Shown piece after piece: positions 1-10,463 of a DNA stretch of 64,000 nt (position 1 is the stretch's first letter; each line of letters opens with the position of its first letter). Source of the DNA: Trichodelitschia bisporula (taxonomy: Eukaryota); assembly GCA_010356995.1 (NCBI GenBank), contig ML996711.1, positions 1-64,000 of the forward strand, written 5' to 3'. The notes under the pieces were generated by a model. It worked only from the letters and a program-made list of their open reading frames with translations, made no database searches and was not told where the DNA came from. Made by a program: the position numbers and the translations under genes.

Positions 1-1045
1 CCCCCTAGCCACCCCATTCGGAGAATCGGAGTGCGAGGTAGTGTTGCCTGAGTCACGTCGAGGCAGAGCTGACACTGCGAAGACGGAATAGGGGTCCTAA
101 CAGGCGCCCCCGCTTAATTGAGATATGACCCTTCCGATACTCATGATACTTCGCTTGCAGGTCCAACCGGGCCGGTTCTAGAGAGGGGAGCCGGCGACAG
201 GGCCGAAGACGGGGCGATTTAAGGGAGGCGTTGTGGTTCAATGCGGAGGGCAGGACGAGCACATGTTACTGCCCATCTAAAATCACTTAGCGCATCAGTA
301 ATTTCCAATTGAAGGAAATCTGGCGCTGGATTTAGCGGCAAGACGGAGGAAATATTGGCTAGCAAGAATGACAATGCATGGGCTAGTCTAGATTGAGCAC
401 TTTCCTCATTGAGCTAAGGATACGGACACAGGTCAGAGATAAGACGTTTTCGAATTCAAATCTAGCCGGCCAAGCATAGCACAGTATTTTTGCGAGGATA
501 ATATGATGAGGTAGCCCGTATTAAAGTGCTGCCGAGGGCGGTGTCCTGATCCGGACTTCCTAATGCGGAACGCGGCCATAGATCAAAGAGTACACCAGTC
601 CCCGTCTGCTCACTGAAGTTAAGCTTCGAACCGGTTGACTAGTAGTTGCGTGGGTGACCAGCAGCGAATCCCAACTGCTGTATGTTTTTGCTCGTTTTTG
701 CCTCACTGTGGACGTGTATCTTTTTACGGCAGGTTGGAAAATGGAACGGAAGGAGAGACCTGGGGATAGGACAAAAGGGAGACGGGACGTGGGTATGCGT
801 AACGTCGACTTGCCATTCATCGTGGAGATCGGCAGGAGATATGAAAGTCCGCATTGAAAGGTCCCTTTCGCTCCATGCCCCTCTGATGTGTTGATATGCC
901 AACGGTTAGGAAGCACAATACTGCTTTGCATCTTCTTTTACATGGTATATTTGATTTGCTCGTCATGTCATACAACTTCTAACTTCATGGAACTACCATT
1001 CCGTTCCGCCCATCCCCGCTACGCTTGCCTACACTACACTGTCCT

Positions 1046-2164
1046 TCAGGGCGCACCACGCACGCCCTCCTTCGCGATCGGGTCGATAAACCGCGTCCGG
1101 TACGGCAAACTCCCCAGCTTGTCCGACAAGACCTGCTCCGACAGCTTCCACAGCTGGTCTTGCAACTCCTCATCCTTGGCCACACTCGAGACATCGCTCG
1201 TCTTGCGGTCAGGAATGATATAAGCGCCCTTGAGTTTCTCCCTCACAACCTCCGGGCCAGTGGCCGCAAACAGCATAGACCGACACCCTTGCTTCACGGG
1301 ATCGACCATAAACCGCCGCACCACACCAACACCCACCTTACCCACCAGGCCATATGCCTCCACGGCTTGATCCGTCTGGTCCGTCTTCACAGCCCCGGGA
1401 TGGGTCGCAAGAATGTATGGGGCCGCGTCAGGTGCCGGGTCAAGTCCCAGCTCCCCGGCAGCCTGGTAGCGCGTGAGCGTGAGCACAAACATCAAGACCG
1501 CGAGCTTGGTGCGGTTGTACAGGCTCGCAGCGCCGACGTCCTTGTTGATCTCGTCGACGGAGGAGAACCAGGTCTTTGCTTGGGAGGCGAGGACGGGTCG
1601 GTGGAGCTCTGAGGATTGCATGAGGAGGCGCGAGTTGGGTGTATTTTGTAGAATTGGGAGGAGTGAGAGGGCGAGGTGGAAGTGCGCGAAGTGGTTGACC
1701 TGCATGTGGGTATCGAGTCCATCTTTGCTTTCGTTGTAGGGTCCGATGCCAAGGCCGGCGTTGCAGATGAGCTGCTGGCGTTAACCTAGAGATGGGGTGA
1801 TAGAGCGCAAGGCTTACAGCATCCAGTTGGTCGAGGTTCTTCGCGAGCTCTTTTGCAACCTCATCGACTTGCTTCAGATCCTCAAAGTCGCACTTCTTCC
1901 ACTCTACTTTGCTGATATCTCCCCATTCCTTGAGTTCTTTCTGTGCGTCCTCTGCGTGTTCCTCCTTCTTCGAGAGGATATAGATCTTCTTCGGGTGGTG
2001 CTGCAGCAGGTGGGCTGTGATACCAAAGCCAATACCTGCGGTCCCGCCGGTAACGATGTAGACCTTCAAGGCGTGAGTAGGGAACTTGATACAACTTGGA
2101 TGAAGCCTACCTTGCCGGACAGGTCCGGGATGTCATTGTCGGGGTCGTAGGTGTTGCCGAACAT
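1046..2164 (-). CDS. Short-chain dehydrogenase/reductase (retinol-DH-like SDR), 3 exons (2164-2111, 2063-1818, 1771-1046)
   Basis: Spliced product MFGNTYDPDNDIPDLSGK|VYIVTGGTAGIGFG (TGxxxGIG Rossmann motif), LICNAG and YNRTK (YxxxK); GT-AG introns with branch sites. Confidence 0.9.
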
Positions 2165-2662
2165 ACTTTCGACTCGAGTGGTTTCTCTTACTATTTAGGA
2201 TGGAATGTAAGCTGGTGAATAGCGGTAGACATGTGTACGACGTCGGGAATCGCACTCCGAGAGGAATTTATCAATCCCCATCTCGACCCCGCATGTACTA
2301 TGACACTTCTTGACGTCAACGCGGCATCACGATCGAGCCGTGCTACAGGCAATCGCGATGGGAAGAACGAGGCAAACAGGGCAAGCGCCATTGCGCGACA
2401 CGGTTATCCCCGGCCCTGTTGATCACTTTCCTCCTTTGAGGCTGATGACGATAGCTTGTCGTAGGTCTCTGACCAAATGACGTTATGCCGGGTCAAGCTC
2501 CGCTCCGCCCTCCCGCCCCTCTGAACTCCGCCCCGCCGGCAAGTTCCCAAGCTCCACCAGCCACACGCACTCGCCACAACACCAAAGATCACGTCGCCCA
2601 ACCCAAAAGACGCCTAACCTCACGACTTCACACGTCGTCATTCCACCCGTCCACCCTCAACC

Positions 2663-3599
2663 ATGGCCTGGCACTCGCCCGACGGTTGGCTAACGCAGGG
2701 CCTAGCCCCGCACGTCTCAACCATCACAATAACCTTCATAATTACCCTCGCCCTCCCGATCTTCGTCCACTGGTACCTCTACCGCTCCCGCGCCGCAACC
2801 GTAACCCCAAAATTCCTCGTCCTCGGTCCCAGCGGCGCCGGTAAAACCGCATTAATAACCACCGTTCATCCCCTTCTCCCTCCAGCAGTACCCCTACTAA
2901 CACGCACAGCTCGAGCGCGGCGCCCCGACAGCAACACACACCTCCCTCACCCCCCTCACCATCGCCGCCCCCCTGCCCGCAACACACACCCCCTCCTCCG
3001 CGCGCTACCGCAGCACAAACGATGCCGCCTTGCGCCTCGTCCCCATCCTCTTCACCGACACGCCCGGGCACGGCAAACTCCGCCATCTAGCCCTGGGCCT
3101 CATCACACCCGCCCCGCCAACGCCGCCCCCCACAGGCCTGATCTTCGTCGTCGACGCCGCGGCCCTGAGCTCCGAGGCGGACAACGCGGGTCTCCGCGAC
3201 GCGGCCGAATACCTGCACGACGTGCTGCTGGCGCTGCAGCGCGCGTACGAGCGCGCGAAGTCCAGTGTCGCGCGGGAGATTCCGCTTGTTGTTGTGGCGG
3301 GGAAGTTGGATTTGTTTACGGCGCTACCTGCGGGCGTGGTGCGCTCGTTGCTTGAGGCGGAGATTGGGCGTGTGCGGGAGACAAAGGCGAGGGGGATTGT
3401 GGGCGTTGGGAAGGGTGGGGATGGGCTTGGAGGGGAAGAGGTTGTCGAGGAGGGCGCGCTGGGCGGGCGTGCGGAGGGCAAGTTCGAGTTTGGCGTTATG
3501 GAGGAATGGGGGATTAAGGTCTCTGTTGTTGGGGGCAATGTGCGCGGGGAGGGGCCGGGTGTGACGGGGTTATGGGACTGGGTTGCGGGCCAGATTTAG
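2663..3599 (+). CDS. SRP102: Signal recognition particle receptor beta subunit (GTPase), intron 2864-2909
   Basis: N-terminal transmembrane helix, P-loop GPSGAGKT, DTPGHGKLR, IFVVDAA, KLDLFTALP; intron ends with CTAAC...CAG. Confidence 0.88.
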
Positions 3600-3686
3600 G
3601 GGTTAATAGGGGTTGGGGTGGCGTTGTAGATAGCCACGGAGGTACGGATAGATACACGGTATAGAGCGGCTAATTTATTGCCTCTA

Positions 3687-6600
3687 TCATGTCGTTTCCT
3701 CGCTCCGAACCGGCACAGCGCCAGCAGGAACGACCGTCTCCACGCCCGCGGGAAAAGCCTCATCCTCACCCCACGGCAGTGCGTCAACATCAATCGCCAC
3801 GCCCAACAGCGCCTTGAGCACCACCCCCGCGCCCGACTTACTAACGACCACATTCCCCTCTCCACACCGCTCATCACAGCAACACTCCAGACAGCCCTGC
3901 CCACACTTGCACGCCTCCACCCGCGCCAGCGCCTGCCTGAGGAGCACATCTACAAACTCAAACGCCTTCCGGCAGACCCCGCTTCCACCACACCCGGCAT
4001 CATACAGCGTCAGCCTAGCGGGACGCTTGCGTGCCGTCTCCCGCTTCGCGAGCTCCTTCTCCGGCGCTTTGCACTCAGTCCGCACGTCGCCAGGCGCGGC
4101 GATCGCCACGACGGGGAGGAGGCTGAGGAGCGCGTGCTCGGCGGCGTGGATCGCGGCCGCGGCGTTGAGCCGTCGTGACGCCAGAATATCGAGGGCGAAG
4201 CGGGGGACGTCCAGCCAGAGGCCCTTGGTGTGGCGTATGATGGGCGGGTTGTGCACCTCCACGGCGTCGAGGATAGTGCCCCGCTTGTCGACTTTGAAGA
4301 ACCCGAAGACAACTTGCGTGATGCGGACTGCGCCGAAGAAGGCCCTTTCTGTGGAGCCGGGGATGGCGCGCGTGGCGTGGGTTTCCATAGCGTCAACATC
4401 AGTGAAGTCACGCTGGCGTGTCGTGTAGTCGACGCGGACGCGCTCGACGGTTGCAAGCATGCGATCGAGTGAGAGCTCGCTTACGAGGTATGTTGTGCCT
4501 TGGTGGAGGAATATGGCACCTTCGTAGATGGTAAAGTAGGCGCGTGATACTTCAAGTTGTTCGATGACCTCATTGCGTCCATTTGTCGTATCAATGATGG
4601 CAATGTGGTCCTCCTCACTCACTCGGATAGACACGAAGTCTGACGGTCGGGGAAGGAACCGTGCCGAGCAGTAGTAGAGCCCATCGGCATCGCTCCGCAG
4701 CCGCTCGCGTGCCAACTCGGCTAACTGCGGCCCGAAGAACTCCACGTCAGCTTCGAGATTTATCGGAATCTCAAACGCAGCACACTGCACATGGCCCTCG
4801 AGAACAAGCACATTCTCCAGATCAACCTGCAACGCCGCATTCGGCCGATCAAAGATCTCATTCGGATTGCGCATAAAGTGCTGGTCAGCTGGATACGAGC
4901 CGCCAACAAGGACGCTTAGCGAGTCTCGATTCCGCCTTCCGGCACGACCGCTCTGCTGTCGTAAATTTGCAATGCTGTACGGAAATCCGACCGTGACTAC
5001 CGCGTCAAGGGCTCCAATGTCCACACCCAGCTCCAGCGCGCTAGTCGCCACGATGCCCACCAACCGGCCAGCGAACATGTCTTTCTCAATCGCCCGCCGG
5101 TCCTGGGGAGTGTACCCCCCGCGGTACGACATTACGCGAGGTGCAACGGAGGCCCGGCTTTGAGCAGTTAGCTCAGCGCGTACTGCGGCGAGGAGTGCTT
5201 CACAGAGCTTTCGGACGCGACAGAAGGCGATGGTTCGGGCGCCACGGAGGATTAGCGCGCAGAAGAGGTGTGCGGCTTCGGCGACGAGGTCGCCACGGCC
5301 CGATGCGGGCGCGGTGGGGTCTTTGAATGGAGTGTTCCAGCATATGAAAGATTTACGGCCGGCCGGGGAGCCGGAAATGGAGGTGAGAGAAACATCGGAG
5401 ACGCCGAAGATGGTGGCCATATGCTCCTTCGGGTTGGCGACAGTAGCAGAGCAGGAGATAAAGCGGATGTGGCGGTTGCCAACAGCCGCACAAATGCGAC
5501 GTAGCCGGCGCATAATGAGCGCGACGTGGGCACCGAAGATGCCGTTGTAAACGTGCAACTCATCGACCACAACGAATTTGAGATTTTGCAGAAAATTTCG
5601 CCAGCCAGTCTCGTTCGGAAGAATGGAGATGTGAAGCATGTCCGGATTGGTGAATATCACTCGCGCCTCGTCACGGATGAAGCGCCGGTCAGCTATTGGC
5701 GTGTCTCCATCGAACGTCTCAACCAGCACATCAGCCAGCGATGGCATCAGGCCAAGCATGTCCTTGAGGCCGCGCTTCTGATCCTGTGCAAGAGCCTTCG
5801 TGGGAAAGATATACATGGCACGAGTACGGCGATCCTTTTCGAGCTCGTGTAGGACGGGAATCTGATAGATGAGTGACTTGCCCGAGCTAGTCGGAGTCGA
5901 AACGATAACGTGCTTCCCATCATAGAGGTTGTTGATCGCCTCGACTTGATGTGAGTAGAACTGCGTGATGCCGCGGGCACTGTAGAGCGCATCAACAAGC
6001 TGCTGTGAAAGTGCAAAGTTTAAGTTGCCATAGGCGGCCTCCTGAGCATCAATCACACGATACCCATCCTCAACGATTTGTCCCTTGTACCACGGGAGGC
6101 TCTTGATTTCATCCACGATCTCCGGCACGGACTTGCGCTCAGATGAGCTTGGAATCTCAGTTGGTGCTTCGACCAGCGATACGTGCCGCGGCACGTACTG
6201 CTCGGCATCAGCACGTAGCTTTTCCACAGGGTCCAGACCCGACGCGGTGCATTTTTCCAAAAATGAGTCAACCACGGAGCGGAACTTGCGAGTGCGCTGC
6301 TCAATTGCTTTCATCATTTGCGCCTGCGTAATTTTCTGAGTCCGCAGCTTCGTAGCATCGCCAGCTTTGAGTAAATGCCCATCCGTAAACTCAAATACCA
6401 ACTCTTCGCTCTTCGCAGAGCCATCCAGGGCTGGTAAAATGAATTCTTTATCCCGACCATCTTTCCCTCCACTGCTGCTCCGCTCAGGTACCGCATCGGC
6501 ATAGTCTATCGAAACGGATTGCGGTGCCAAAGCTTTGATTTGCGTGAGTTCATCTACCGTGAGCTGCCGTTTGGTATGAGCTGAAACGGCAGGTGCAAGG

Positions 6601-6827
6601 GTGGAAAGGGTAGGAGGGGCTGGATTCCGGGCGGATAGGAACGTTCCAACCGTTACGAGGGCACGGTGGGTGGTGACAAGAGATGCAAAGTGTGCTGGAA
6701 GCGGTCCGGACGGAGCTTTCGATTTGGCCTTCGTGTTTTTGATGGAGGTCTTGCATGAAGATTCCGGTTCAGCTTTCAAGGGGGTCTCGCGCTTCCGCTT
6801 GCCCGTGGCAGAGCGAGTTGGGAGCAT
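3687..6827 (-). CDS. HRQ1: RecQ4-family DEAH helicase Hrq1 with C-terminal Zn-binding (DUF1998) domain, 1046 aa, intronless
   Basis: TPTSSGKS (motif I), PTKALAQDQ, VVDELH, SATVANP, QQSGRAGRR, HAAEHA and C-terminal CKCGQGCLECC. Confidence 0.93.
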   Translation of the reverse strand: MLPTRSATGKRKRETPLKAEPESSCKTSIKNTKAKSKAPSGPLPAHFASLVTTHRALVTVGTFLSARNPAPPTLSTLAPAVSAHTKRQLTVDELTQIKALAPQSVSIDYADAVPERSSSGGKDGRDKEFILPALDGSAKSEELVFEFTDGHLLKAGDATKLRTQKITQAQMMKAIEQRTRKFRSVVDSFLEKCTASGLDPVEKLRADAEQYVPRHVSLVEAPTEIPSSSERKSVPEIVDEIKSLPWYKGQIVEDGYRVIDAQEAAYGNLNFALSQQLVDALYSARGITQFYSHQVEAINNLYDGKHVIVSTPTSSGKSLIYQIPVLHELEKDRRTRAMYIFPTKALAQDQKRGLKDMLGLMPSLADVLVETFDGDTPIADRRFIRDEARVIFTNPDMLHISILPNETGWRNFLQNLKFVVVDELHVYNGIFGAHVALIMRRLRRICAAVGNRHIRFISCSATVANPKEHMATIFGVSDVSLTSISGSPAGRKSFICWNTPFKDPTAPASGRGDLVAEAAHLFCALILRGARTIAFCRVRKLCEALLAAVRAELTAQSRASVAPRVMSYRGGYTPQDRRAIEKDMFAGRLVGIVATSALELGVDIGALDAVVTVGFPYSIANLRQQSGRAGRRNRDSLSVLVGGSYPADQHFMRNPNEIFDRPNAALQVDLENVLVLEGHVQCAAFEIPINLEADVEFFGPQLAELARERLRSDADGLYYCSARFLPRPSDFVSIRVSEEDHIAIIDTTNGRNEVIEQLEVSRAYFTIYEGAIFLHQGTTYLVSELSLDRMLATVERVRVDYTTRQRDFTDVDAMETHATRAIPGSTERAFFGAVRITQVVFGFFKVDKRGTILDAVEVHNPPIIRHTKGLWLDVPRFALDILASRRLNAAAAIHAAEHALLSLLPVVAIAAPGDVRTECKAPEKELAKRETARKRPARLTLYDAGCGGSGVCRKAFEFVDVLLRQALARVEACKCGQGCLECCCDERCGEGNVVVSKSGAGVVLKALLGVAIDVDALPWGEDEAFPAGVETVVPAGAVPVRSEETT

Positions 6828-7073
6828 TGTAGACTGGTCGTGAATTCTTGCATGAGAGATACACAAGCTGTGATGAGAGAAGAAATTGCTGTTGTTGAAA
6901 GTGTTGTAGGGTTAGAGTGACGTCGCCACAGGCGTCGCGTGAAGTTCGCGGTCTCACGCGGTCACGGGACTACCCGCCCATAAAGTACCCCTGACCGGCG
7001 GAGGGAGGCATGCACGGCATAGACCGATCCTGAAGCGTCTTCCCAAACTTCACTGTACAGGTTCTAGCTCAAT

Positions 7074-8584
7074 CTACAAGTTGTCCTGCGTAAAAACCAG
7101 CAGCGCCAACCGATGCCTAACAAACAGTCCCGCCACCCCACATGCAAATTGGAACGCCATCAGCCCCATACATAACCGGTCTTCTCGCATCGGCCCAAAC
7201 CACACCAACCACAAGTTGATTAGTGTCATGTTCGAACACTCGACCACCTCCCCCTTATTATCCGTCTTCACCTGCAACAGCCGCAGCTCGCCTAGCAGCT
7301 TCAAAACCGCCTGCACCGGACGTGCGGGCGGTTTGCGGAACGTCGCCGTCGAGGGTTCCATTAGACCCGTACGCGCATTGAAGTGGGGGAGACGGTGTCG
7401 CGGGCACGGCACTATGTGAAAGAGCTGCGGTGCCGAGTAGACAAAATTGAATACTTGCGGCAAGAAGAGCAACCATAACGTCTTGCTGAAGTGTCCGAGG
7501 ATGCCATCGACGGCGAATACCATTCCTGCAAAGTAGCAGTAGGTGTCGCCGACAAATACTTTGGCAGGATACCAGTTGTGCATGAGGAGGGCACAGGAGA
7601 CGCCCAGGAAGGGCAAGAGGAGGTAGATGGAGAAGAGATGGGCGTCTGTGGCTGGGTGGGGATACGATGTAAAAGGCGGGAGATAGAGCACGTCGTTCGC
7701 GAGGATGAGCAGCGCTATCACTATGGACTGCGAGACCTCGATGCCGTTGATGCCAGCGAGGATGTTGATCGAGTTGGGGCAGAAGATGGCAAAGGCGGCC
7801 ATGTAAGCGTAGTACAGCCAGCCTTACGGGTTAGTCGGAGCGATACAGCGGGCAACGTACACACCGAGATTGAATAGATCCCCCAAGTACTGCTGAAGAG
7901 GCGTTGGAACGACAACCTGCGTCACTCCGAAGTCCACGAAGTAGACGATGAGCATCGGTACCGAGGCAAAAGCCGGAATCAGCACCTTGTGCCGCCAGCG
8001 GATGTCAAACAGGTCGTCCCCTATGCCCAGGATAACTATGCTCTGGAGAGAGAGAATGGCGGAGAGGTATGCCGCAAGCTATTCGCGTGAGCATTACAGC
8101 CGATACCGTAACGGCGCAACGGACCTTGTTGTGCGGAAACCTATGCAGAAAGCGTCCGGTCTCGACGTGGTGCACCTCCTGGATGTAGTCTTTGTTCCCG
8201 CCACCCGAAGTAGCGGCGACTATATCCTTATAGAACGGGAATGGTATGAACATGATGATGCAGAGCAGGTATACGACAGCGCAGACGGCGCCCATTGTCT
8301 CCGGACTGCGTGTGTCAGCGGAGCTACAGCGAGCGGATTCGAAAGCCTACAGACATCTCGACCTTGCGCAGCTTGCTCATGTCTGTCCCCTTGAGTCCTG
8401 CCTTCATGAATGTGTTTCCGAGCCATCGTATCATAGCGTACGTCGCACTGAACGCAATACCGCTGAAGGCCAGTGACGCGACGACAGGGTTGCCGTCGCC
8501 CTGGAAGGCATTGCTGATGATTGCTACGCCGGCAGCGCTGATGGCAAAAAGTGACAGAGCCTCTGACCTGCTCAGAGAGGTCAT
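7074..8584 (-). CDS. ALG7: UDP-GlcNAc:dolichyl-phosphate GlcNAc-1-phosphate transferase, about 4 exons
   Basis: [68 protein letters not shown]. Confidence 0.95.
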
Positions 8585-8800
8585 ATCGGCGCCGGGGGGT
8601 GGAGAGCGCAAAGAGAGCGCAAATGGAAGCAAGATGAGATGCGCCAAACGTGGCCGTTGCACTGACGATGGCAAGCTGCGCCACAGGAATCCCGGTGAAG
8701 TGGCTCAGCCAGCCGCTACCCGACACCAACAGCGGCTAGCTCCCGCACCCATTCCCAATCGCGACTCGCGCGGCGTTAACAATCCACCACCAGCGCCAAC

Positions 8801-10463
8801 ATGGAGCAGCACGACGTCAAGGGCCCTGAAGCGGAAGAAGAGCCTCACGGCTCCGACCACGACGCTGCCGGCAACGGCGAAGAAGGTCCCCACAGTCGCC
8901 CTATCATTCCCGACATCGTCGAAGAAATCAGCGCTCAACTCTGTACCCCTCGCTTCCTCCGCACGCTTACGCCCAGCCAATTGCCCTCGCGTGCAGTCTC
9001 CGACTCCTCACTCTCTCCGCGCGACCGCTCCTTCGACCTTTCTCGGCCCAAGGAGCCCACCACTCCTCCCCCGTCTGGCCTCACGCCGAACTATCACGCT
9101 CGTCATCAGCACTTGTACGCCTCTCCTGGACTCCCAGAGGATCAGCAGGCCGATCACGTTCCTGACAGTGCTGCCATAAGCGCCTGGCGCGCGCTTGCTG
9201 CCATGGCTGCCGACCGCGGCTTCGTTACGTGGGACCACGGCCACTCCGACCTTGTCCTGGCCGTTGATTTTAACTACTATGGCTCACGCATGGTCACTGC
9301 GAGCTCTGACCAGCGGCTCAAAGTGTGGGATCGCAAAGATGACGTCTGGAACATCGTGGACTCGTGGAGAGCTCATGACGCCGAGATTGTCGATGTAAGT
9401 GCTGTTTGATCCATCTCGTTTTTACTAAAACTGGCAGGTCAAATGGAACGGTCCGTTTGTAGGTGAGGTAATCGGCAGCGTGGGCGAGGATGGACGCTTC
9501 CGGCTGTGGATGGAAGACGTAACCGAGATCCCCAACGCAGGCCGCCGCTTCAGGAACATCTTCGAGCTGCGCTCCGACACACGCGTTCCGTACATGTCTC
9601 TCGATTTCAAGAACATCCTCAACGAGACTTACCTCGCCCTCGTCACCCGCGACGGCTACCTCAGCGTCTACGAGCCAGTCGACTTCGACAACCTCGCGGA
9701 ATGGCACGTGATGTCGCAGAAGTACCTCTGCCCAACACCGCCGCGGCAAGAAGAGACCGGCTTCAAAGTGTGCTTCCACCACGAGCGGCTTCCCTGCTGG
9801 ACTGCCGTGCAGGCGGGCCTAGACCGGAAGTCCCTCTCCCTCGCCGTCGCCGCCATGGACGTCGTCAAGATCTTCCGTACGGACAAAGACCGCCGCTTCT
9901 ACATTGCAGCCGAGCTTACAGGGGCACGCAACATCATCCGTGACGTCAGCTGGGCGAACGGTTCCATGCGCGGCTTCGACATCGTTGCGAGTGCCAGCAA
10001 GGACGGCACCGTGCGCATCTACGAGCTGCACCCCGCGGCTGACGTCAAGCTCGGCCAGACCGGCACTGGGGATGCGACGACGCCGTCTCTCGCGGCTGAC
10101 GCTTTGGCCCAGGCCACTGCGCGCCGCTCGGCCCCGAATCCCTCTGGCATCGGCGCCGGCCTCGCTGTGTTCAATCCGACGCGCGAGGCCGCGGCGCGCC
10201 AGAGCGATGCCCAGGCTGGACGTGTGCTGCAGGTGCCGCGGCTGGTGGCGGAACTGGCAGGTGGGCAGGGCGCAGTGTGGCGCGTTGAGTTTGCGCATTC
10301 TGGTGAGTCAGACTCGCTGGGGATCGTGCGGTTGCTGACGTGCGTGCTAGGTGATGTGCTCTTCTCGGCGGGCGACGATGGCGCAGTCCGCTCGTGGAAG
10401 AAAGCGCTCACGGGTGAATGGCTCGAGTATGCACAGGTCGACCTCGGGTCAGATGGCGCCTAG
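8801..10463 (+). CDS. SEH1: WD40 nucleoporin/SEACAT subunit Seh1; introns 9395-9438 and 10303-10350; alternative start at 9203
   Basis: GHSDLVLAVDFNYYGSRMVTASSDQRLKVWD, WRAHDAEI, IRDVSWA, ASASKDG, AVWRVEF...SAGDDG. Confidence 0.82.

Noticed and set aside
503..549. C/D snoRNA-like ATGATGA...GGGCGGTGT-C-CTGA
   Set aside because: Only ~47 nt between the boxes, a 9-nt match to 18S and no terminal stem.
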